Shown here: positions 10,204 to 23,107 of the stretch, in pieces
Layout: every line of letters begins with the position of its first letter
How positions within the stretch are numbered: position 1 is the first letter of the stretch
Source of the DNA: Octopus bimaculoides
Taxonomy: Eukaryota
NCBI RefSeq assembly: GCF_001194135.2
Contig: NC_068986.1
Span: 85,819,956-85,858,646, forward strand
Direction of reading: 5' to 3'
DNA: 38,691 nucleotides
Notes under the pieces: model-generated
Told to the model about the DNA's origin: nothing
Database searches by the model: none
What the model saw: only the letters and a program-made list of their open reading frames with translations
Made by a program: the position numbers and the translations under genes

Positions 10204-11226
10204 CGATATATATGTGTATATATATATATATATATATAACTATATATATGTAACTACATATATATACATNNNNNNNNNNNNNNNNNNNNNNNNNNNNNNN
10301 NNNNNNNNNNNNNNNNNNNNNNNNNNNNNNNNNNNNNNNNNNNNNNNNNNNNNNNNNNNNNNNNNNNNNNNNNNNNNNNNNNNNNNNNNNNNNNNNNNNN
10401 NNNNNNNNNNNNNNNNNNNNNNNNNNNNNNNNNNNNNNNNNNNNNNNNNNNNNNNNNNNNNNNNNNNNNNNNNNNNNNNNNNNNNNNNNNNNNNNNNNNN
10501 NNNNNNNNNNNNNNNNNNNNNNNNNNNNNNNNNNNNNNNNNNNNNNNNNNNNNNNNNNNNNNNNNNNNNNNNNNNNNNNNNNNNNNNNNNNNNNNNNNNN
10601 NNNNNNNNNNNNNNNNNNNNNNNNNNNNNNNNNNNNNNNNNNNNNNNNNNNNNNNNNNNNNNNNNNNNNNNNNNNNNNNNNNNNNNNNNNNNNNNNNNNN
10701 NNNNNNNNNNNNNNNNNNNNNNNNNNNNNNNNNNNNNNNNNNNNNNNNNNNNNNNNNNNNNNNNNNNNNNNNNNNNNNNNNNNNNNNNNNNNNNNNNNNN
10801 NNNNNNNNNNNNNNNNNNNNNNNNNNNNNNNNNNNNNNNNNNNNNNNNNNNNNNNNNNNNNNNNNNNNNNNNNNNNNNNNNNNNNNNNNNNNNNNNNNNN
10901 NNNNNNNNNNNNNNNNNNNNNNNNNNNNNNNNNNNNNNNNNNNNNNNNNNNNNNNNNNNNNNNNNNNNNNNNNNNNNNNNNNNNNNNNNNNNNNNNNNNN
11001 NNNNNNNNNNNNNNNNNNNNNNNNNNNNNNNNNNNNNNNNNNNNNNNNNNNNNNNNNNNNNNNNNNNNNNNNNNNNNNNNNNNNNNNNNNNNNNNNNNNN
11101 NNNNNNNNNNNNNNNNNNNNNNNNNNNNNNNNNNNNNNNNNNNNNNNNNNNNNNNNNNNNNNNNNNNNNNNNNNNNNNNNNNNNNNNNNNNNNNNNNNNN
11201 NNNNNNNNNNNNNNNNNNNNNNNNNN

Positions 11227-11257
<31 letters not shown>

Positions 11258-12088
11258 GTGAGGGAGAGAAAGACAGTCAGACGGACAGACAACCAGACAG
11301 ATCGATCGATAGATAGAAATAGACAAACTGCCAGATATATATGAAAAACTCGTGTGTTTTTGTGTGTGCGTGTATGTGTGTGTGTGTGTGTGTGTGTATG
11401 TGTGTGTGTATGTGTGTGTGTGTTTGTGTGTACGCAGTTTGCTATCTTCACAAAAGAAATATTCACAGATTACAGATCGCAGATAAATCACAATTGCGTT
11501 ATATCAATGCAAAAACTATAAGCAAAGCAAATATGAAGTGACATTAAGTTGATAAATAGCTAAAACATATATTTAGTATCACATATTGAGAAAGTAGGAA
11601 TGCATAACAATGTCATTACTATTTGAAAACTTTAGTTAAATTTTCTACTGCTGTTTCACTGACAATCTTTAAAGTATGCAATCACGTAGTGATTCATAAC
11701 AAGTTATGTGACATAAATATTAATAATGAAAAATAATTATAATATAACTTGCTTACTAATAATTAGAAATTATTAATTTTATGAAATAATTTGAATAAAT
11801 TTAAGTGATAGCAGTTACGTGAGATAAATGGAAAGATAAATTGAAAGGTGGACAAAAAACAAATATGAGCATGAAAAATATAAAATCAGAGAATCGATAA
11901 GACCATAAGCTAAAATGTACATAAGGTCAGGAGATTATCGAACAACGTAACTCCTGTATACCGACAACCAGAAAAACACAAATGTATGCGATACACATGT
12001 ATACATACATACATATATACATATGTATTATGTATGTATGCATGTATGTATGTATGTATGTATTATGTATGTATATGTGTGTATTGTC

Positions 12089-12352
12089 AGGCGCGTGGCT
12101 TAATGGTCAGGCTATAGCACTCGTGATCCGTAGATCGTACTTTCGATTCCTAGACCGGGTGATGTGTTATGTCTTTGAAAAAAAAACACATTATTTTACG
12201 TTGGTCATACCTTCTTTCGAACAGGGTGAAGTGTTATTCCATTTACCTAGCCAGAGGTGTGGGTGCTATTCTGTGGCTAAAACAATGCAAAGCGTATTGT
12301 GACCAACATCTGTAACATCTGATAATCTTACCGGTCACGTAATCACTTGATA
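12089..12352 (+). mobile_element. Degenerate tRNA-derived SINE with a head related to family B and a different 3' part
   Basis: GGCGCGTGGCTTAATGGTCAGG...TTTCGATTCCTAGACCGGG (A and B boxes), continuing GTGTTATGTCTTTGAAAAAAAAACAC. Confidence 0.7.
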
Positions 12353-12495
12353 TATTGTTATATCTGGAATTGGTCATTTCATTTTGCCAATTAACCACAC
12401 GCATTTTATACTCGTTCTTCACTCCAGCTTCATTATAATTATTCGTTTAGAGTCTTTTGTCCGAAATTTTTCGTCACACATCCTGCGACTTCTTC

Positions 12496-12691
12496 AATGA
12501 CACTCCATCCCAAATGTCTCCTCTTGTTGTGTATGTATGTATGTATGTATGTATGTATATATATATATATATATGTATGTATATATATATATATATATGT
12601 ATGTATNNNNNNNNNNNNNNNNNNNNNNNNNNNNNNNNNNNNNNNNNNNNNNNNNNNNNNNNNNNNNNNNNNNNNNNNNNNNNTATATATG

Positions 12692-12731
<40 letters not shown>

Positions 12732-12787
12732 CATACATACATACATACATACACAACAAGAGGAGACATTTGGGATGGAGTGTCATT
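12496..12787. repeat. Perfect inverted repeat flanking an N gap
   Basis: 12496-12531 AATGACACTCCATCCCAAATGTCTCCTCTTGTTGTG is the exact reverse complement of ~12752-12787. Seven GTAT units on the left mirror seven ATAC units on the right. Confidence 0.95.
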
Positions 12788-13084
12788 TTGTATTTTTTTT
12801 GTAAGATTCCTGATATGAAATCGCGTGTTGAAACAGATATTGATATACCTGGAGATCTGGGGATGTCATTGTTTCGTTTTTTTTTTGTTTTGTTTTCTAA
12901 ATAAACACTCGTTCTTGAATTCAGCTTAATTATTGCTCTTATTTTAGTGTCCTTTGTCTGAAATCTTCCGTCGCAGAACGTCCTCTTCAGTGGCTTTCCA
13001 TTTCACGAGTCTCCTCATGTCCTGTTTAGTTCATTCTGTCTTTCTATGGTGTTTATCCTTATCTGCTCATACGTTTGTATCTGA

Positions 13085-13129
<45 letters not shown>

Positions 13130-13433
13130 CATCGATCTGTCTGTCTCTCAGATTCTCTCTCTCTCTCTGTCTCACCTTTTCTCACTGTATATNNNNNNNN
13201 NNNNNNNNNNNNNNNNNNNNNNNNNNNNNNNNNNNNNNNNNNNNNNNNNNNNNNNNNNNNNNNNNNNNNNNNNNNNNNNNNNNNNNNNNNNNNNNNNNNN
13301 NNNNNNNNNNNNNNNNNNNNNNNNNNNNNNNNNNNNNNNNNNNNNNNNNNNNNNNNNNNNNNNNNNNNNNNNNNNNNNNNNNNNNNNNNNNNNNNNNNNN
13401 NNNNNNNNNNNNNNNNNNNNNNNNNNNNNNNNN

Positions 13434-13915
13434 AGAAAATAAAAAAAATATTCAAATCGGTTAAAACGATCGAAAATCAATTCTATTTAAAATTATAGCT
13501 AATTTTCAGTTTTAGTTCTGAGTTTAACATCTAATGTTTTTAGTTTGAACTATAGCATCGTTGAGATAAGTATTACTTCTATCTTTATTAATTTAACCTA
13601 AAAATTCCATTAAATTGTATTTTAGACGAAAGATTCGTTAACATTAGTTTTGCATGTAATATTTCTGTTAGGTTATATTATAATAAACGTAAAATTAATT
13701 ATGGCACGTTTATAATTTTTGATATTTTTAATAATAATTTGCTATCTTAACATAATAAGTACTTTTATATACATTCATTTGTTATTTATTGTTGGTTGAT
13801 ATATACATTCTTTTAATATTATTGGTGTTGTATTTTGACCTGAAGATCAGTTATATTTTTGAATAGAATTGATTTTCGATCGTTTTAATCGATTTGAATA
13901 TTTAAAAAATTTTCT
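13434..13915. repeat. MITE-like inverted repeat (~75 bp arms, ~330 bp AT-rich spacer)
   Basis: 13434-13509 (..TATTCAAATCGGTTAAAACGATCGAAAATCAATTCTATT..TTTTCAG) is an imperfect reverse complement of 13840-13915. The left arm abuts a gap. Confidence 0.85.
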
Positions 13916-13920
13916 ATTTG

Positions 13921-14195
13921 AAAATTTGGTTATGAAACACGTGTAGTCATTTTATTGTCATTAACGTATGATATTTACTTTGTATTATATTATACTTATT
14001 TATCGTGAATTTACATATATTAATTTGTCTATATGTTACTGGATTTTTATGGATATGTTCATGAATTTTGGTTCTTTTCTCTAAAGCTATATATTTATAT
14101 TTTATACCGTGACTTAATTTAATTTTAATTTTTAATAAATTGAATTTAATTCAGTTTTAACCTGTAAATTTGGATTGTTATCCCTAATATTATTA
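13921..14195 (+). repeat. Unclassified AT-rich dispersed repeat, with partial copies at 5297-5357 and 23018-23090
   Basis: 14031-14088 matches 5297-5357. 14115-14190 (TAATTTAATTTTAATTTTTAATAAATTGAATTTAATT..TTACCTG..TTGGATT..CCC) matches 23018-23090. Confidence 0.7.
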
Positions 14196-14210
14196 TATAT
14201 ATACATATTC

Positions 14211-14430
14211 ATTTATTCTTTTACTTGTTTCAGTCATTTGACTGTAGCCATGCTGGAGCACCAGCTTTCAGTCGAACATATCGATCCCTGCACTTATTCG
14301 TTGTACGCCTAGTACTTACTCTATCGCTTCTTTTGCCGAACCATTAAGTTACGGGAACGTAAACACACTAGCATCAGTTGTCAACCGAGGGAGGGGGGAA
14401 AAACACGGACACAAGAGCATATACACGCAC

Positions 14431-14461
<31 letters not shown>

Positions 14462-14553
14462 TATATACGACAGGCTTCTTAAGGAGTCACGCAGTGGGAC
14501 TGAACCCAGAACCATGTGGTTGGTAAGCAAGCTACTTACCACTTACCATACAC

Positions 14554-14555
<2 letters not shown>
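14211..14555 (-). mobile_element. Family A SINE with internal deletion and internal (CA)n
   Basis: Reverse complement head GGTAAGTAGCTTGCTTACCAACCACATGGTTCTGGGTTCAGTCCCACTGCGTG joins directly to AAGAAGCCTGTCGTATATAT. The tail reads GGTGCTCCAGCATGGCTACAGTCAAATGACTGAAACAAGTAAAAGAATA. Confidence 0.9.
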
Positions 14556-14600
<45 letters not shown>

Positions 14601-14800
14601 AATATATGTGTGTGTATATATATATATATGTATACAGATATATATGCGTGCATATATGCTTATTGATATGTTCACGTATACAAATATATATGTGCATATA
14701 TATATCAGAAAATAAGGAACACGGATTTCAAAGGTGATTGCAGTACGCACGTTTCATGCTACTTCAATTTATTTAAGTAATGCGAGCATTACCTTAAATG

Positions 14801-15062
14801 CAATATGAAGAGCAATCTTCAACTGCACGAAAATGCAGAAAAAAAATTACTGTAGAAAAGACATATTATAAATGTGGCAACATTTCACTAGCCTGATAGA
14901 CTCGGCTATGTCAAGATGGACTTATGTATTCTTCCTCACATTTGGATTTTTATGTATTCTCTCTCCCACTTGGATTTGAAATGTTGCCACATTTATACTA
15001 TGTCTTTTCTACAGTAATTTTTTTCTGCATTTTCGTGCAGCTGAAGATTGCTCTTCATATTG
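14801..15062. mobile_element. Young MITE-like hairpin element (>=86 bp near-identical arms, ~90 bp spacer)
   Basis: 14801-14887 versus the reverse complement of 14977-15062 differ at about 3 positions. The right arm runs into a gap. Confidence 0.85.
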
Positions 15063-15869
15063 NNNNNNNNNNNNNNNNNNNNNNNNNNNNNNNNNNNNNN
15101 NNNNNNNNNNNNNNNNNNNNNNNNNNNNNNNNNNNNNNNNNNNNNNNNNNNNNNNNNNNNNNNNNNNNNNNNNNNNNNNNNNNNNNNNNNNNNNNNNNNN
15201 NNNNNNNNNNNNNNNNNNNNNNNNNNNNNNNNNNNNNNNNNNNNNNNNNNNNNNNNNNNNNNNNNNNNNNNNNNNNNNNATATATATATATATATATATA
15301 CACGTTTATATGTGTATGTATATACGACAAGTGAATGTACTATTGCATATGATTTGAGTACAATTTTAGAATACCCACACGCATATTTAGATACATGTGC
15401 ATTAGCGTGCGTATTTTGAGGTGTGCTTGTTTGATATATGTACGGTATATAAATATTCATGTAGCTGAAACTATAGACTCTTTCACTCATAAGAACATAT
15501 TATATTAACATGAAATCTGAGTGTGCATGCTTCCGGTGTATGTGTTTGGGTCTATAAATCTATTTTAATGAGATTCAAGTTATTTTCCTCTTGTTTTTTC
15601 AGTGAAAAATATAAGAAATGCATTTAAATATGAGATTACAAATTGAATTCTGTACCGCTTATTTAGCTGTAGTTATTCAAAACTGTCTGGTTTGGCGCTA
15701 TGGTGTCATCAATTAAATCTTACTAGTCGGCAGGCAAAGGTTATTAATGTGAGCATATGAAAATCAACATACAGATAGCATACTTAGGATAATGAACAAC
15801 GTGTCCCCACTATGCAAACCCTATGAAGCGAAGAAACATGTACAGAACTTCATGAACACACAAGGAGAC

Positions 15870-15877
15870 AGAGAGAG

Positions 15878-15928
<51 letters not shown>

Positions 15929-16150
15929 AACACACACACACACATGCAAACACACACTCACACACATTAAACATACAAACACCAACACAGAAACACATGA
16001 ATATGCAGAATACATACATACAAATGTACACTCATACATATATGCATATGCACACGCACTAACATGCATACGCACTAACATGCATACGCACACGTATGCA
16101 TACATACATATATACATAAATGTGTATGCACACACACACACTAACACACA
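15870..16150. repeat. (CA)n and degenerate CA/TA-rich simple repeat
   Basis: Direct inspection. Confidence 0.85.
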
Positions 16151-16416
16151 TACATGCGCACAAACAGACAGAACGCAGTGTGAATAACGGACAGAGTCAA
16201 CAACTATTGAATGGACGCAACGAAAATTTCAGAAAAATAAAGAATGAAATGAGTGGAAATTTGACCAGTGAGTGTGTTAAATTATGAGGCACTAACAGAG
16301 AATGACCCTCCCCAGACACAACAGAATATGCTTCAACACACGAACTCAAATAAAGAATCTTGCAAACCAAATCCAAAAACGAAATATGTATGCATGTATG
16401 TATGTATGTATGTATG

Positions 16417-16459
<43 letters not shown>

Positions 16460-17049
16460 NNNNNNNNNNNNNNNNNNNNNNNNNNNNNNNNNNNNNNNNN
16501 NNNNNNNNNNNNNNNNNNNNNNNNNNNNNNNNNNNNNNNNNNNNNNNNNNNNNNNNNNNNNNNNNNNNNNNNNNNNNNNNNNNNNNNNNNNNNNNNNNNN
16601 NNNNNNNNNNNNNNNNNNNNNNNNNNNNNNNNNNNNNNNNNNNNNNNNNNNNNNNNNNNNNNNNNNNNNNNNNNNNNNNNNNNNNNNNNNNNNNNNNNNN
16701 NNNNNNNNNNNNNNNNNNNNNNNNNNNNNNNNNNNNNNNNNNNNNNNNNNNNNNNNNNNNNNNNNNNNNNNNNNNNNNNNNNNNNNNNNNNNNNNNNNNN
16801 NNNNNNNNNNNNNNNNNNNNNNNNNNNNNNNNNNNNNNNNNNNNNNNNNNNNNNNNNNNNNNNNNNNNNNNNNNNNNNNNNNNNNNNNNNNNNNNNNNNN
16901 NNNNNNNNNNNNNNNNNNNNNNNNNNNNNNNNNNNNNNNNNNNNNNNNNNNNNNNNNNNNNNNNNNNNNNNNNNNNNNNNNNNNNNNNNNNNNNNNNNNN
17001 NNNNNNNNNNNNNNNNNNNNNNNNNNNNNNNNNNNNNNNNNNNNNNNNN

Positions 17050-17098
<49 letters not shown>

Positions 17099-17767
17099 GT
17101 TCCAGTTTAGGACTGTTTCCAGCTCTGCTGATAGTCTGTCACACATACGGGTATCACAACTACGTCCAATAATCCAGTTAAAAAATATTTTCCTGAGAAG
17201 CAAGATGGTTTCTTTGTACCTTTTTCTGATGGATCACAGATTCCAGTCAGCGAATCACGTGCATATTTTAGCTATCTCATTATATACACATGGCTTATGT
17301 TATACGGTGTGCATATATATGTGTGTAGGCGTTGGTTTGTCTATTTGTGCTTGTGGGCATTCTTTCCCTCTTTTAACCATTTACATTGTTTCAATCATTT
17401 GCCTGTATTCATTCTTAAGCTGATTGTATGTTGTTATATTTGCACACAAATGCGAATAAGAACACTTATATACAAGCATGCATACATAAACACATGTACC
17501 CCGCCACATATATGTATGTATTAACATATTTAAACATATATACATATTTTTTTTTCACATCAATGAATATTAACTTAATTCAAATATTTAGTTTTTGATC
17601 GTAACACGAACTCGGAGGCCACCCGTATAAAATTATTAAGTTTTGCTACTTTAATTATTTTATGCCAGGTACAATCAAAATTGTTTCAGTATTTCAAGCT
17701 TTAATTAACAGTTCAAACAAATTCCTTTCGGAAAGCGTTTATTCCTCAACATATATGCTATCATATT

Positions 17768-18305
17768 CTATTATATCGTCATACCACCTGAGTCTCAAGT
17801 GGCTTAAGTTACACAATGTCAAACTGGTTTAATACCACATTCAAAAATGTTAGGTTACTTCAGTGGATTCTGCCCTGCTTCAAGTATTCGGCCCATGCCT
17901 CCTATTAGAGACTACCTACCTCATTTCCTTCCACCACTCCAGAAGACTACAGGCAATACTTTACACGGTACCTGTCCTATTTTGGTATTTGCTTAGAGAA
18001 AAATAATCTCATACAAATACGCAAATTATCGTCAAATTATCTATTATATCGTCATACCACCTGAGTCTCAAGTGGCTTAAGTTACACAATGTCAAACTGG
18101 TTTAATACCACATTCAAAAATGTTAGGTTACTTCAGTGGATTCTGCCCTGCTTCAAGTATTCGGCCCATGCCTCCTATTAGAGACTACCTACCTCATTTC
18201 CTTCCACCACTCCAGAAGACTACAGGCAATACTTTACACGGTACCTGTCCTATTTTGGTATTTGCTTAGAGAAAAATAATCTCATACAAATACGCAAATT
18301 ATCGT
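17768..18305. repeat. Exact tandem duplication of a 265-bp unique segment (period 273)
   Basis: 17768-18032 is identical by eye to 18041-18305, with an 8-nt spacer CAAATTAT and no N gap. Confidence 0.95.
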
Positions 18306-18934
18306 AGGATATGTTTTGAATACAACTTGAAGTGTTAGATATTTGGTCAATAATATTCCTGCTTTTCTTTTGAGACGATCTCTAAGCTGTAAAACGAAAT
18401 TATTTAAAAAAGAATAGAAGTGATTACTACATTTCATCCATAAAGATTTCATTCTCATTTCTTGGCTCATAACATGAAGGATGCTAGTAAAAAAAATTAC
18501 TAATAAATTATCAAGTAACAGCCATCTATAGATAGATTTCTACAGTTAATATTACATATTTCTACCCAAAACTCAGTTTTAATTTAAAACATTATAATTG
18601 GACTAAGATTCGCTGATTAAGTTTAATACGACTGAAGAATCTGAAAATTTGTCTCCAGCAGCAGTCATACTTCCGAATTATTTGTAGATTTTACGTCTTT
18701 CTCCAGATAAGTTTCAAAAACATTTCATCTGAGTTTACACGTTGATCTCCACAGCATTTCATCGCCTTTTCCTACAGCACATGTAGATTGTCCTGGCAAC
18801 ACTTTTAACGAGTTATAAAAAAATTTTCTAGTTGGGAGAAGGAGACACCTTATGTTGGTTTACTTCTCATATAGTATTGTACAGTAACGAATATAATTTA
18901 CATAGTGTCTTTGGCAAGTAAATTCAACCTAATG

Positions 18935-19000
18935 ACGGTGGTGGTGGTAGTGGTGTTTCTAGTTGTGATGGTGGTGGTAGTAGTAGTAGTATCTGTACTA

Positions 19001-19066
<66 letters not shown>
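18935..19066. repeat. Compound (GGT)n/(AGT)n trinucleotide repeat
   Basis: Direct inspection. Confidence 0.92.
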
Positions 19067-19069
<3 letters not shown>

Positions 19070-19552
19070 AAGAGGTCGGTCGATTATTATTTCTAATATT
19101 TGCTGAATATTTAAAGGCAATAAGCGTAACAACATATAAGGATAAATGTTGGTCGAGCATGAATTTATTTGTAAATTTCGAAATAAAGATTCATCACACA
19201 AAAACCGTTACATAAGTATGAAATTTTTTCCTTCAGTCATGATATGAAAGATGCTTCATATGTCCCCTATTCACAAACTTTCATGTAATGTTATAGAATT
19301 TCATGATGCTCATTGAAAATCTGTGGGACTGAATTCAGTGACCAATTCTGTTCTGTTTTCCTAAAAGATGTAGAAGTGTGTATGGCTTTGTTTAAAGACG
19401 AAGTGTCGTATCTTCTCGAACAGTTAGCGAAGTGGACAGTTGATTCGTTTATTTAATAGTTTGGAAATTGGTAGCGTGAAATGTGACTTAAAAAACTTAA
19501 ATTATGGTGTTGAATAATTTTTGTTCATTTGTACTCAGAAATGTTCTATACA

Positions 19553-19632
19553 ACATACATACATTCATGCATACATACATACATACATACATACATACAT
19601 ACATACATACATACATACATACGTACATACAT
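19553..19632. repeat. (ACAT)n microsatellite
   Basis: Direct inspection. Confidence 0.95.
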
Positions 19633-19953
19633 TATATGAAAATGATAGAGATAAGTTTCGTGTGCAGTATGTCTTCATTACATTTGTTTTCTGACACGCA
19701 TATATATTTGGTTAATTTGTATATTCAAACAAATAAAGATGTGTAGTAACCTAGATACACATTCGTGAATGTGCCTACATCTAAATACAAACGTGTGTTC
19801 ATATGTTTACACGATCACACGCACGCAGACACATACACACTCAGGCACACACACATATATTCGTGTGTGCCAATGCCTTTACGTATGCATATATAAATAC
19901 GCATGCAACCACACCTAGTATTGTATCAATATATATCACACACTCACACACGG

Positions 19954-19991
<38 letters not shown>

Positions 19992-20091
19992 TATTATATA
20001 TATATGTGTGTGTATATGTATATATATGTATATATATATATATATATATAGATATAGGGCAGGGAATTGCCAACATATATATATATATATC

Positions 20092-20445
20092 TCTGCTCTC
20101 GTGTGACCTGTGGTCAACTTTCTTTTCACTCCAGCCGCTGTGAAGGCAAGACGAACTACTAGCGTTCTACCTCAGATTTGCGTTTGGCCGTACGGCTTTT
20201 GAATGTTGTTTTCACTGTCCATTTTTTCCTGTCTTGGTTTGTGTTTGCCACCTTGGAATCCTCTGTGTAGTGGGTTGATCCACTACTCAGGAAGAGACTA
20301 TTCTAGAGTACGTTCTGTCTTATCTTCGAAACGTCTAGATAGAATAGAGACAGCTGATGAAGGGATATTCCAAGTGGCTTTCCGTTTTCCTATGTGTTCG
20401 TTCCGTTGTCTGTAGTTTATTGTTCTAACGTCCTCTACCCTGATA
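20092..20445. mobile_element. Unclassified ~350 bp element embedded between (TA)n runs
   Basis: A GC-richer block sharply bounded by TA repeats. It shares short motifs (GTGGCTTTCC, AACGTCCTCT) with 12950-13070 and contains CGAAACGTC and CTGATGA. Confidence 0.45.
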
Positions 20446-21189
20446 TGCATATATATACACATNNNNNNNNNNNNNNNNNNNNNNNNNNNNNNNNNNNNNN
20501 NNNNNNNNNNNNNNNNNNNNNNNNNNNNNNNNNNNNNNNNNNNNNNNNNNNNNNNNNNNNNNNNNNNNNNNNNNNNNNNNNNNNNNNNNNNNNNNNNNNN
20601 NNNNNNNNNNNNNNNNNNNNNNNNNNNNNNNNNNNNNNNNNNNNNNNNNNNNNNNNNNNNNNNNNNNNNNNNNNNNNNNNNNNNNNNNNNNNNNNNNNNN
20701 NNNNNNNNNNNNNNNNNNNNNNNNNNNNNNNNNNNNNNNNNNNNNNNNNNNNNNNNNNNNNNNNNNNNNNNNNNNNNNNNNNNNNNNNNNNNNNNNNNNN
20801 NNNNNNNNNNNNNNNNNNNNNNNNNNNNNNNNNNNNNNNNNNNNNNNNNNNNNNNNNNNNNNNNNNNNNNNNNNNNNNNNNNNNNNNNNNNNNNNNNNNN
20901 NNNNNNNNNNNNNNNNNNNNNNNNNNNNNNNNNNNNNNNNNNNNNNNNNNNNNNNNNNNNNNNNNNNNNNNNNNNNNNNNNNNNNNNNNNNNNNNNNNNN
21001 NNNNNNNNNNNNNNNNNNNNNNNNNNNNNNNNNNNNNNNNNNNNNNNNNNNNNNNNNNNNNNNNNNNNNNNNNNNNNNNNNNNNNNNNNNNNNNNNNNNN
21101 NNNNNNNNNNNNNNNNNNNNNNNNNNNNNNNNNNNNNNNNNNNNNNNNNNNNNNNNNNNNNNNNNNNNNNNNNNNNNNNNNNNNNNNNN

Positions 21190-21253
<64 letters not shown>

Positions 21254-23017
21254 TTATACAAGCATGTAACTGTGTGTGTATATATATGTTATATGTGTAT
21301 GTGCATGTGTATCTGTATACATGTAGGGATATTATATAAATTTACATTATACATAAATGAATATATGTGTATATTTTACACATGCATACACACGCGTGTA
21401 TATTTGTGGATGTGAATGTCCTGTATTTCATGTGTGCTTCGGTATTTCTCTTTGCATGTATTTCTTTCTTTCTCAAAAAGTTCGTATGTATGAAACATAC
21501 TTATTAATTAAAATATGATTCAATATACTAACTTAGCTTCGTGACCAAATTCCCTGCTAAACATTGCATACTGGAATTTATAATCTATATCCTATTATAG
21601 CTTCATTTTATATATCAGATTTGCAGAGCATGTACTAGCTTTTCTCTTTCTTTGCCTTAAACATTCTATTGCACGATATATAACGTAAACATTGTATTAG
21701 CTAATCAATAGCACCCAATAATTATAGTTCCGAAATGTAAATTTATTAAAGATGTTGTTCATTTCAAAACGTGTCCTGGAATAATATTTTGTTTCAGTGG
21801 ATATTAACACTATCACTAAATTCGCTGGATAGCTGAATGACCCAAAATATTCCATAACTTTTTGTGTGTTCTCTTCCAAATCGGTCTCAGACTTCTTTTG
21901 TTGACATATCGGGTGCATATTTTATTTAACAACATTCATTGGCATTCTTTGTGCTCGGATGTTATATTGTTGTATCAAAGACTTGGACAGAAATTAGTAT
22001 TTTAATGGCAATTAAAAGCAGATGATCGTATACATAATTTCTTCAAGGGGCTTGTGACAAGACAAACACTTCGGATACAGCTTTTAAGATTAAGGGATAG
22101 CCATTTTGGTCATTTATTTTTCTTATTCAATTCAATTAATTTTTGAGCTCTTGGATTTCGAAATCATGCCATGTGAAATTTGATGAGTAAAGACAGGTAA
22201 TATTTTCCATCCATACTAGCATCACTCTTCAGATTACAGAAAGCATATCCATGAATAAAGATGTTGAAATACACATAAATAATTGTTCGTACACAGATAC
22301 ACACACATACAGACATTCACAAACATGATATTTTACAAAATCATATAACAGTACGTTATACATAGTATCAGTGATAATGTAGCTCGCTTGTCTCACAACA
22401 TTTCTTTTGTTGCTGTTACTTTAAATAGTTGATTCAATTTTCAACTATAGTTTCACCAAACGATTTAAATGCACAATTCGCTCGATGAATGCGGTCAGAG
22501 ATAAATCTAAGGATATCAGTAACGATTCGTTTGTCTTGTAACATAATTTTATGCAATACGTATTTTAAAAATAAAATAAAGTAGAATACAAGACTGGGTA
22601 TTAATAATATTAATTCAATAACAAACAGAAGCCATTTTAGTGAAACACAGGCATTGAGTATCATTTTCGGACGTGACAAAAGTTGATAGTCAACAAATGT
22701 TAACATTACGATGTAATATATCAATAGCAACATACTTTATTGATCGATGATAAACTACAAATGATTAATGGTAATATGCTTATTTACTATTATATTTGAA
22801 ATGTTTAATATATATTTATTTTCTTATTTTTGTGACCATATTGTCTATTCTGTTATTACTGTTGGTTTTTGTTGGTATTGATTTCCTTCCATTCAAATAG
22901 TTCGCTGAGTATATATANNNNNNNNNNNNNNNNNNNNNNNNNNNNNNNNNNNNNNNNNNNNNNNNNNNNNNNNNNNNNNNNNNNNNNNNNNNNNNNNNNN
23001 NNNNNNNNNNNNNNNNN

Positions 23018-23107
23018 TAATTTAATTTTAGTTTTTAATAAATTGATTTTAATTGAGTTTTTACCTGGATTTTTTGGATTTTTTCCCAATTATTATTATT
23101 ATTATTG

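Noticed and set aside
9797-11491. Long ORFs of 200-560 aa in the track (also 16268-17423, 20298-21269, 33712-34899, 37258-38094)
   Set aside because: They consist of X from N gaps plus YI/HT/CV dipeptide repeats from microsatellites.
13840-13880. Hammerhead ribozyme starting at CTGAAGA-TCAG
   Set aside because: The required GAAA after stem II is on the opposite strand (TTTTCGATC on this strand), so the core cannot assemble.
17106-17330. Complex sequence with open frames (for example NNPVKKYFPEKQDGFFVPFSDGSQIPVSESRAYF)
   Set aside because: No consistent strong acceptor-donor pair brackets an open frame, and no homology was recognised.
17768-18305. CRISPR-like or satellite array
   Set aside because: Only two long identical units, no repeat-spacer structure, and a eukaryotic context.
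22434-22733. 99-aa hydrophobic ORF on the minus strand
   Set aside because: Its F/L/I/Y/K richness follows from AT-rich codons, an ORF of this length is plausible by chance, and there is no motif or splice support.
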